Assembly (NCBI GenBank): GCA_950097015.1
Contig: CATNEN010000003.1
Coordinates: 4,154,001 to 4,218,000 of the forward strand
From: Macrostomum hystrix
Lineage: Eukaryota; Animalia; Platyhelminthes
Reading direction: 5' to 3'
Length of the DNA: 64,000 bases
This document shows, piece by piece, positions 58,801 through 64,000 of the stretch (position 1 is the stretch's first letter; each line of letters begins with the position of its first letter). The notes beneath the pieces were generated by a model. It ran no database searches. It saw only the letters and a list, made by a program, of their open reading frames with translations, and had not been told where the DNA came from. The translations under genes and the position numbers were made by a program.

Positions 58801-61800
58801 CAATGATGCTGGCAGCGTAATTCTTGTAGTGACTCTCAAGGTTATCGATAAGCCGGGCCCACCGCAAGGAGTGTGTACTAAGGACATCGCTGAGACCATC
58901 ACGCTGGAGTGGGAGCCCCCAAAGTTTGATGGCGGTAGTCCAGTTACCGGCTACGATGTTGAGATTCGTGAGCTTGATAAAAGAGCATGGACTGAGTGTG
59001 GCAGCACCCCGGAGCTTAGTTTCCAAGTGCAAATACCTGAAATTGGCAAGGAGTACTACTGCCGCGTCCGCAGTCGTAATGATGTTGGAGCGTCTGACTT
59101 CGTGGAAATCTTGCCAGTGCTGACGAAGTATTCTTTCAGTAAGTGCTTTCAACGCTCATAGGCTATGCTTTTCACTCATTTCACTTTGTGCATGTATTGC
59201 TGGGGTTGTAGCCTAATGGATAGAGCGTCAGACTAGCCATTTGAAGATCGGGGGTTCGATTCCCGATTCCAGTGAAACCATTTGTGCCTTTTTGCAAAGC
59301 ACTTGACTCAGCTTAGCATTAGTTGCTGTTAATTGGTACCAAGATTGGCTCTGGTAATAAAGGCTGGGTGTGGCGCCCCAGAGTCCATGGACTGAACAGA
59401 CGGTGTCGGCGGCTGTGCTTTTATTTAGGGGAAGTGTAGTAATTTTTTCTGCTAATATGACACGAAAATGCAGAATCAGTTGGAAAAAATGCTAACTATT
59501 TTCAGACGTGCCCGGAGCGCCTCAAAGTCCACAAGTGACCCAAACGGACGTGTCCGTATTGGATGTGACCTGGAAGCCGCCAGCAGAGGACGGTGGCTCG
59601 CCAATTCTCGGCTACCACGTCGAAAGGAAACTGGTAGCCAGCACCAAGTGGACAAGACTAACAGCGAGCCTCGTAACAGAGCTGCGATTTCAGGCAACTG
59701 ATGTCGTAGTTGGAAACGAGTACCTATTTCGCGTTGCCGCCGAAAACAAGGCGGGTTTGGGACCTTTCAGTCGTGTTTCTGACGTGTTCACACCTTCTGC
59801 AAAGGTGGGCCCTGAAGCTCCTGCAAAGCTAAAGGCGCCTCTGATTAGTGATTTAAAAAGAACAAGTGCCAAAGTTTCGTGGAGTCCTCCAGACAATGTT
59901 CAGGATGTGACAAAATATCATCTGCAAATTTCGGATGATAATTGTCAGACTTGGAATGATGTTGCTGCGTGTGAAAGCACGGAGCATCCGGTAGAGGAGC
60001 TGCAAATCGGTCCGACTTACAATTTCCGAGTCTGCGCCGAGAATACCGTGGGCAAGGGACCATGGTCCGAGCCCAGCGAGCCCCTCAATCTGGAGAAGGG
60101 TGAGTGTCTAAAGTTATAAAAAGTTGCCTTACCTTGCTTGAAACACCACAAGAGAAATAAATAGTTATTCGTCGTTCGGATTATTGATTTCGCCACTCAA
60201 TTTTTCAGATGCACCGCTGCAAATAATTGTGCCGTTAAAGAACTGCCACATAGTGGAACTGCTGCCATCAGTCAGCTTCAGCTGTGAGGTGTCTAGACGA
60301 CCTCTAAAGTTCACCTGGCTGAAAGACGTCAAGAAGTTACCTGACAGTGAGCGCATTCGAACTACAGCTTCTGACAACGGCCTTCAGCACAAATTGGAAA
60401 TTTTTGAAATAACATCAGAGGACATTGGGGAGTACAAGTTTAGTGCCGAAGACAAGATTACTCAGGCAAACCTTTCAATCGATAGTAAGTAGTTTTCCTG
60501 ATAACAAATTGCTAACCATGATCTAGAACTGTGCTGCTTTTCAAACCCTGCAAAATTTGTTTCCATTTTCCAGTTCCCCCTCTGGTGCGACTGCCGGAAG
60601 GTTTCGAAAGGTCACTTGTTCTAAAGGTGAACAGTTCTCGAAGGATAGAAATCCCTTTCGTCGCAAGTCCCAAACCCAAATTGACGTGGAAGGTAAACGG
60701 AGAGAACGTGCTGCGTAGCACAACCAAGGCTTCGTCCACTCTGTCTGTCGCGATATTGGAATTGTTTAAGGTGCAGCTAGAAGACACTGGAGATTATGTT
60801 CTAACCCTAGAGAATGACAATGGTTCTGCTGATCTCACGATTCACGTGCGAGTCATTGACAAGCCTTTGCCACCCGAGAACTTCCTCTACAGCGATGTCG
60901 ACGATTCCTCTGTAACTTTGAGCTGGAGTCCACCCAGCCAGGATGGCGGCGAGAAAGTCACGAAGTACCACCTCGAGCGAAAGGATGCAAGCTCTACTGT
61001 GTGGCTATCGGTTGACAGCATACCAGCCGACACTGAAACTCGATACTGCGTACAGAAGCTGATCAAGGACAAAGCTTACCTATTCCGTGTATCAGCCGAG
61101 AACTCTGTTGGAGTTAGTGAGCCAACGATTCTTAAAGAACCAGTAACAATTGGATCACCGTACAAGGTTCCCGGCCCTCCTATCGACCTCGAAGCTAAAA
61201 CTGTCAGCACCAACGAAATTCTGATGCACTGGGAGAAGCCGAAGGAGGATGGCGGGAAGCCGATTGTCGGCTACTTTGTTGAATGGAAGCCTTCATCTTC
61301 GTCGAATTGGAGCTCTCCGCAGAAGGTAATTCAGAAAGAGTTTTCGATTGAGAATCTGAAGGAGGATACCAGCTACTCTGTACGCGTCAAAGCTTTCAAC
61401 GACATCGGTGAGGGTCCAACATGCCTCCCGGCAGTTGTCAGCACAAAGCCAGCACCGAAGCCGCCAGCAGCCCCAGGCAAACCTGAGGTAGCTTCAGTGT
61501 CGAAGACTCAAATCGCTTTCCGATGGACTGCTCCAGAGAAAGATGGCGGATCACCTGTAACTTCGTACAACGTCCAGAGGAGAGCAAATGATCTGGACAG
61601 TTGGAGTGTTATTCAGACGGGTGTTGCAACGACTGATTATGTCGACAAGGACGTTAAAGAGGGCCAGCATTTTCAGTACCAAGTAGCAGCGACTAATGCT
61701 GTTGGTGAAGGACCGCCATCACTGCCGTCAGACGTGGCTGACTGCTTAGCCGACCTGACTCTAATTCGACCGCTTGAGAATAAGAAGCTGACCTCCATGC

Positions 61801-63891
61801 CGAAGCAAGTATCACTTGATTGCGAGCTCAGCCAACCAAACTGCAAGGTGAGCTGGCTCAAGGATGGCAAACCGGTGGGCATTGGAGGGCGCTTCGACAT
61901 GAGCATTGAAGACAAAGCATACAAGCTGGTCATTCTAGACTTCAACATAGACGATGTTGGAACGTACAGCATGAACTACCAGCACATCAGCACTGCAGCT
62001 AAGTTGGAGCTTGCGATTCCACCAAATGTAAAACTCGATGAAAACTTCAATCAAACCGTCAAGCTGAAGTCGGGCGACTCGAAGGTATTCGAAATACCTT
62101 TCGAAGCTTACCCTAAGCCGTCTGTAAAGTGGACTCACAATGGTGCTGCACTACCTGATCCTAAGCGCTTTAACATCGATACCATTGCTGGCATGACATC
62201 GTTGGCTCTGGCTAAAGCGAAAAAGACTGACGAAGGCAAGCTCACAGTGAGCATTGAAAACGAGCTTGGCAAGACCACTTTCGACATAAATCTTATTGTA
62301 ATCGATAAGCCGACGCCCCCACAGAAGCTATTGTCATTAGTCACGACAGAGACATCGATCACCATCAAGTGGGAGGCGCCGCTGGACGATGGTGGTGCCC
62401 AGATAGATGGCTATGATATTCAGTATCGAAAGCAAAACCAGAGAGCTTGGCAGGAGGCGGGCACAACCTCAGACATGTCCATGAAGGTCGGCAGTCTCAC
62501 TAAGCAGACAGACTATCACTTCCGAGTGGCGACCTTCAACATTGTTGGAAAGAGCGACTACACGGAAACAAAGAACCCTATTCGAGCCAAGGCAGAGTTT
62601 GCCGCTCCCAGTCTAGACTACAACCAAGCACTGTGCAAGCAGAGCCTAAAGGCCGGCTCTGAACTTCAGATCCCAGTCCTTGTCTACGGAGAGCCACAGC
62701 CAACCGTGAAATGGACACAAAATGGCCAGCCGTTGAGCACGAATATTAAGGTTCAGCAGAAAGATGCCGAGTCAAAGATAGTGATTGTTGGCCTCGAACC
62801 ATCAGACTCTTCGATTTTGTCGATCTTGGCAGAGAATGAGCACGGAAAAGCAGTAGCGGAGTTCCAAATTACTGTCGCTGCCGCTCCAAGCGCTCCGAAG
62901 AACGTTGCCGCCAAGTCCCAGACCAAGTCAAGCATTGAGCTCACCTGGGAAGCGCCCGAATCGGACGGAAACTCACCTATCACTGGCTACGTGATAGAGA
63001 AGTGTGAGCAGGGTAGAGACAGCTGGGTGCTAGCAGCAAGCGCTGAGCCGCAGTCCCGCAAATCAGTCATCGGAAATCTGCTCACGGGCAAGATCATGCA
63101 GTTCCGCATCGCTGCTGAGAACGCTATTGGTCAGGGACCATGGGCTGCTGGCGAGCCAATCGAAGTCAAGTCACCGTTTAGCCCTCCGAGTGCACCACGC
63201 AACCTGCAGGTGTCTGAACTGACGCCTACATCAGTATCGCTGACTTGGAAGGAGCCCAAGAACGACGGCGGAGCTCCAATCGACGGCTATCGGGTGGAAA
63301 AGTACAGCAAAAAGACCGACCAGTGGATGCCTGTCAACCAGAAGCTAGTTTTGGAGACTAATATTACCATTGAGAATGTGAAAGGTACGCCTTTTTTAGT
63401 TTTATTTCTTGGAATTAGCTTACAAATTAATAGGCTTTTCGGCATAAGATAAGGATGAAATTTAAAATCTTTAAGAGAAAACCATAAATTACTTTGCTTT
63501 TTTAAAACAGTCGACGCCCTGGAACTTCGCGCCGTGGCTGAAAACGAAGCCGGAGTCAGCGAACCATCGGAGAAAGTCACGGTGGACCTCACCAAGGCCT
63601 CTCAGGAGCCCGGCCCGCCAGGCAAGCCAATCGTCAAGGCCACTCAGCTTGGAGAAGCCCTGGTAGCGTGGAAGACACCTGAGCACGAAGGCGCTTCACC
63701 AATCACCGGCTACTTGGTCGAGAAGAAAAACTACTTCGAAACCGCTTGGATTAAAGTGAACGTTGATCAAATTCCTAACCGAGAGCTGACAGTTTTGGAA
63801 GCCCCGAATGAAGTTGTTCAGTACCGAGCTATCGCAGTCAACAAGCACGGCAAGAGCAAGCCCTCGCCTGAGTCTGACCCGTACAAATTCG
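7757..63891 (+). CDS. TTN: Giant multi-exon titin/connectin/sallimus-like muscle protein gene (spectrin repeats, Ig-I, Glu-rich elastic repeats, Ig/Fn3 super-repeats); 3'-incomplete
   Basis: About 36 exons joined by phase-compatible GT-AG introns from ATG 7757 to donor 63891, with no forced stop. Dozens of I-set Ig motifs (P.F…W.K.G…D.G.Y.C.A.N), then Fn3 (W..P..DGG….Y). The symbol denotes family, not proven orthology. Confidence 0.85.
8344..8466 (+). CDS. Titin-like exon 2 (CGEWIRVRIQQMDPDLYDIG…KLQ)
   Basis: ttccag acceptor, gtaaga donor, phase 0-0; continues the CCDC141-like match (CGKWVQLQL…LLEIG). Confidence 0.8.
8675..10243 (+). CDS. Titin-like exon 3: spectrin repeats
   Basis: tttag acceptor, AAG|gtttg donor, phase 0-0; helical repeats with spectrin-type W/L pattern (AWQDLQSIMERRSDLL; LDELWRGRKHRLEE). 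Confidence 0.85.
10341..10591 (+). CDS. Titin-like exon 4: spectrin-like helices
   Basis: gatag acceptor, gtacgt donor, open frame ISGSRTAEDD…STVQF, phase 0-2. Confidence 0.7.
10750..11017 (+). CDS. Titin-like exon 5: spectrin-like
   Basis: cacag acceptor, gtgagc donor, phase 2-0. Confidence 0.75.
12449..12711 (+). promoter_or_regulatory. Candidate internal muscle promoter and alternative first exon ending in ATG|gtatgt
   Basis: Two CAGCTG E-boxes (12449, 12460); MEF2-like ctatttttaa (12552-12561); ATG 12709-12711 directly followed by a GT donor, in phase with the exon at 13154. Confidence 0.45.
13154..13273 (+). CDS. Titin-like exon 6 (YVEREVDQAV…ENRIP)
   Basis: ttgcag acceptor, gtaaga donor, 40 codons, phase 0-0. 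Confidence 0.75.
13801..16406 (+). CDS. Titin-like exon 7: last helical segment plus six Ig-I domains
   Basis: tttcag acceptor, ag|gtaatt donor; ORF 13855-16410. Confidence 0.9.
16492..19088 (+). CDS. Titin-like exon 8: tandem Ig-I domains
   Basis: ORF 16478-19114; repeated SSPDF…IPE(A/C/V)FPEDSG Ig signature. Confidence 0.9.
19176..19478 (+). CDS. Titin-like exon: one Ig-I domain
   Basis: ctcag / gtgagt, phase 1-1. Confidence 0.85.
19581..21303 (+). CDS. Titin-like exon: poly-Pro linker plus four Ig-I domains
   Basis: ttgtag / gtgagt; ORF 19556-21307. Confidence 0.9.
21386..21566 (+). CDS. Titin-like exon: N-half of an Ig domain
   Basis: tccag / gtgagt, phase 2-0. Confidence 0.8.
21837..22020 (+). 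CDS. Titin-like exon: C-half of an Ig domain
   Basis: cgcag / gtgaga, phase 0-1 (TNRFRIWFDG…DDTGVVEVAAVN). Confidence 0.8.
22133..22856 (+). repeat. Intronic minisatellite: 33-bp unit switching to a related 35-bp unit
   Basis: acaatctaccccttctcacagtcttcccttctc repeats to ~22400, then acaatctaccaattctcatagtctctccgcatctc. Confidence 0.9.
23410..23658 (-). mobile_element. tRNA-derived SINE, diverged copy
   Basis: Homologous to 32050-32335 (gcaattctgcccatttcgct…ctctgccact); degenerate A/B boxes on the - strand. Confidence 0.65.
24679..25652 (-). CDS. SPRED: Nested antisense gene: SPRED-type Sprouty (SPR) cysteine-rich domain protein
   Basis: CRYCLRLFDDRHNPKGACPEAPD…C…YHCCADDEGDY.KPC…W…LALFVPCLCCYP…GGQH matches the SPRED SPR pattern. 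Acceptor ttcttag precedes AA-ATG (ATG at 25650). No EVH1 domain found. Confidence 0.8.
27481..27613 (+). CDS. Titin-like exon: linker plus Ig N-terminus (FRRGPP…APIFSRLLQPVRAHELQPVR)
   Basis: ttcgcag / gtgaga. Phase 1-2 exactly bridges the exon ending at 22020 (phase 1) and the exon starting at 32593 (phase 2). Not called in this frame by the ORF track. Confidence 0.8.
27705..27941 (-). repeat. 3' LTR (237 bp)
   Basis: Identical by eye to 31769-32005. Confidence 0.95.
28107..29272 (-). pseudogene. Integrase portion of pol, out of frame with upstream pol
   Basis: HQSH…CRQC zinc finger; D (MDYAGP), D (TDNG), E (AERAV); begins ILLWGTRVVVP directly at the deletion junction. Confidence 0.85.
29273..31750 (-). 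CDS. pol: Gag-protease-RT-RNase H polyprotein, truncated by a deletion/frameshift
   Basis: Two CCHC knuckles, IDTGA protease, LPFG and FIDD RT motifs, CDSSPYG…EKEALA…SDHKPL RNase H. Confidence 0.9.
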   Translation of the reverse strand: MATGLLCSIGPFEPENEDWLQYKERVEQVFIASDIESEDKKRAVFLSVCGKETFKLICSLLAPEKPSETSYANICQKLKEHWKPEPSEIVQRFHFYQRVRASTESVADFLASLRRLAVDCKFGNSLQSMLRDRLVLGIQDDRIQRRLLSEPGLDLEKALKIAQAVELAEKGCTVVRSSQEAAGPAAAASVDRVDQAKATGSGRAPQKCFRCLSTRHLADRCPFIKKGCFKCGKLGHTAAACRRGAGASGADSKPRVGAVQEAEDEDCSSLNTLPSVAAKVPPYLTTVRINGVSCLMEIDTGAAVSLISAKVYQDLLGGIPKLGGTTIRLRNYGGQPVNVMGQLSVTVEIPGKEQKLLPLVVVSGSGSSLIGRNWLSELTLDWRSIKELRERELPAQGNQQVEQLVQKYSAVFSDGLGCYTGEPLKLRTKPGAQPKFFKARTVPFALKSKVEEQLDREIEQGVLQPVSNSEYASPIVPVLKADGSVRICADFKCTVNQDVVPDSYPLPRIEELFAKLTGGQKFTKLDLSQAYQQLPLDSESQRLCTINTSKGLLRYTRLPFGISPAVGMFQRTMDGLLQGRPHTAAFIDDLLVTGTDDAKHLENLEAVLQRLQDAGLKCRADKCRFMQESVSYLGHRIDAGGLHPLESKVSAIVEAPAPQDVTQLRSFLGLINYYGRFLPNLSSVLAPLHRLLDKGAAWQWNSPQESAFHRCKELLLSSQTLVHFDPGKEVILECDSSPYGLGAVICHLIDGVERPIAFASRTLADAEKNYSQTEKEALAVVFGIKRFHTYLYGRNFQLKSDHKPLLGLLHENKAIPPLASARIQR
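31769..32005 (-). repeat. 5' LTR (237 bp)
   Basis: Identical by eye to 27705-27941. Confidence 0.95.
32050..32335 (-). mobile_element. tRNA-derived SINE
   Basis: - strand head ggcggagagtggcagagcg…gggctcgattcc (A and B boxes); second copy at 23410-23658. Confidence 0.7.
32593..32884 (+). CDS. Titin-like exon: Ig
   Basis: ccgcag / gtgagt, phase 2-0 (LRVEYFGDPSPQVAW…DSGMYTATAHN). Confidence 0.85.
33017..33235 (+). repeat. Intronic minisatellite (~29-33 bp unit)
   Basis: aatcactcaggtatcatcagtcactctcaaaag repeated about 7 times. Confidence 0.9.
33266..33982 (+). CDS. Titin-like exon: Ig domains
   Basis: ctcag / gtgagt, phase 0-0. Confidence 0.88.
34132..34287 (+). repeat. Intronic minisatellite (23-bp unit)
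   Basis: gtctaacaggttacaatccc(c/a)(t/c)t repeated about 6-7 times. Confidence 0.9.
34358..34487 (+). CDS. Titin-like exon: Ig C-half
   Basis: gtcag / gtgagt; ISKAGQLFALIIPEAFPEDSGKFLVRVVNPIG; phase 0-1. Confidence 0.85.
34604..35279 (+). repeat. Purine-rich intronic minisatellite (~23-bp unit)
   Basis: gagagagttggagagacagttga repeated about 30 times with GA slippage variants. Confidence 0.92.
35631..35648 (+). CDS. Candidate 18-nt micro-exon (GAPDYF)
   Basis: tgcatgccag / gtgagt, phase 1-1, GCATG cluster upstream. Confidence 0.45.
35742..38103 (+). CDS. Titin-like exon: five Ig domains plus Glu-rich linker
   Basis: tttcag / gtaagt, phase 1-2; ORF 35624-38107. Confidence 0.88.
38273..38496 (+). 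CDS. Titin-like exon: Ig
   Basis: tttcag / gtgagt, phase 2-1. Confidence 0.85.
38616..43804 (+). CDS. Titin-like giant exon: Ig plus Glu/Ala/Val/Thr-rich PEVK-like region
   Basis: tttcag / gtgagg; ORF 38537-43846. Confidence 0.88.
41246..42650 (+). repeat. Coding tandem repeat, 138 bp (46 aa) x ~10
   Basis: VTQEVAEEAPADLTIEEVAPVEEKQAETQETLDAKAQPTVQKPQHY. Confidence 0.95.
43922..44090 (+). CDS. Titin-like exon: Ig C-half
   Basis: ctgcag / gtaagt, phase 0-1. Confidence 0.85.
44695..44733 (+). CDS. Candidate 39-nt cassette exon (KEQQPEAPEKVP)
   Basis: ccctaac branch point, ttgcag / gtatga, phase 1-1, PEVK-like. Confidence 0.6.
44999..45025 (+). CDS. Candidate 27-nt micro-exon (EHEVNPVQ)
   Basis: ctgtag / gtaagt, phase 1-1. 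Confidence 0.5.
45621..46130 (+). CDS. Cassette exon with a divergent Ig domain
   Basis: cacag / gtaaga, phase 1-1; PSFTQLP…W…HSGIYCCEVANDHG. Confidence 0.7.
46579..46782 (+). CDS. Acidic cassette exon
   Basis: ctgcag / gtgagc, 204 nt, phase 1-1. Confidence 0.65.
47298..47876 (+). CDS. Titin-like exon: acidic linker plus Ig
   Basis: Weak aag acceptor (5' boundary uncertain) / gtgaaa donor, phase 1-1. Confidence 0.75.
47967..48114 (+). CDS. Titin-like exon: Ig N-half
   Basis: gacag / gtaatc; KPAKFTDTL…YEGYPQPDIVW; phase 1-2. Confidence 0.8.
48231..48682 (+). CDS. Titin-like exon: Ig
   Basis: cacag / gtaagt, phase 2-1. Confidence 0.85.
50398..50439 (+). CDS. Candidate 42-nt micro-exon (DAPRFRNNEARFPI)
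   Basis: ttttgcag / gtatag, phase 1-1; donor is weak. Confidence 0.35.
50722..54450 (+). CDS. Titin-like giant phase 1-1 exon: disordered Glu-rich region with 16-aa PEK-rich repeats
   Basis: cagcag (NAGNAG) acceptor / gtgaga donor; 3729 nt; ORF 50742-54500. Confidence 0.8.
52766..53858 (+). repeat. Coding tandem repeat, 48 bp (16 aa) x ~23
   Basis: KPLKPSEKPAAEQEAA. Confidence 0.95.
54539..54808 (+). CDS. Titin-like exon: Ig
   Basis: tttag / gtaaag, phase 1-1. Confidence 0.82.
55125..59138 (+). CDS. Titin-like exon: Ig-Ig-Fn3-Fn3 super-repeats
   Basis: tttcag / gtaagt; DKPGPP…W..P..DGG Fn3 motifs alternate with Ig. Confidence 0.9.
59199..59345 (+). mobile_element. tRNA(Arg-like)-derived SINE with a CORE-like segment
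   Basis: tagcctaatggatagagcgtcagac…ggttcgattccc (A and B boxes) followed by gtgcctttttgcaaagcacttgac…ggtacc; 3' end uncertain. Confidence 0.6.
59506..60099 (+). CDS. Titin-like exon: two Fn3 domains
   Basis: tttcag / gtgagt, phase 1-1. Confidence 0.88.
60209..60484 (+). CDS. Titin-like exon: Ig
   Basis: tttcag / gtaagt, phase 1-1. Confidence 0.85.
60574..63384 (+). CDS. Titin-like exon: mixed Ig/Fn3
   Basis: tccag / gtacgc; ORF 60531-63452. Confidence 0.9.
63511..63891 (+). CDS. Titin-like exon: Fn3; gene continues beyond the window
   Basis: aacag / gtgaga, phase 1-1. Confidence 0.85.
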
Positions 63892-64000
63892 GTGAGAAGA
63901 ATTTCTTTCTATTAGTCTCACAAACAAAATGTTTTCTAGCTTGAAGTTAAATATTTTTGCAAGAATTTTAAAGTGCTGAAGTTTTTTTTCTCAAGGAATT

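Noticed and set aside
59199-59279. Functional tRNA gene
   Set aside because: Acceptor, D and T stems are imperfect, the anticodon does not fit the Arg-like body, and it runs into a CORE-like SINE segment.

Overview
Eukaryotic (metazoan, invertebrate) genomic DNA with GT-AG introns. The style would fit a free-living flatworm, but the taxon cannot be proven from sequence. (1) 1-1683: 3' end of a tyrosine-recombinase (DIRS/Ngaro-type) retrotransposon with split direct repeats. (2) 2382-6299 (-): an intronless secreted polyprotein. It has a signal peptide, an acidic pro-piece and exactly 21 cysteine-free amphipathic helical units of 60-61 aa, arranged as 7 near-identical 546-nt trimers. This is the most unexplained element in the window. 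(3) 7757 to beyond 63891 (+): one giant titin/sallimus-like gene. I traced about 36 phase-compatible exons by hand (about 33 kb coding, about 11,000 aa in the window). It runs from a CCDC141-like spectrin-repeat N-terminus through Ig-I domains and two huge Glu-rich repeat exons to Ig/Fn3 super-repeats, and continues past the window. It has a candidate internal muscle promoter and a set of phase 1-1 cassette and micro-exons. (4) Its introns hold an antisense SPRED-type Sprouty-domain gene, a Ty3/Gypsy (Mag-like) LTR element with identical LTRs but an internal deletion, tRNA-derived SINEs and several minisatellites. Exon boundaries were read by eye and family comparisons are from memory; no searches were run.
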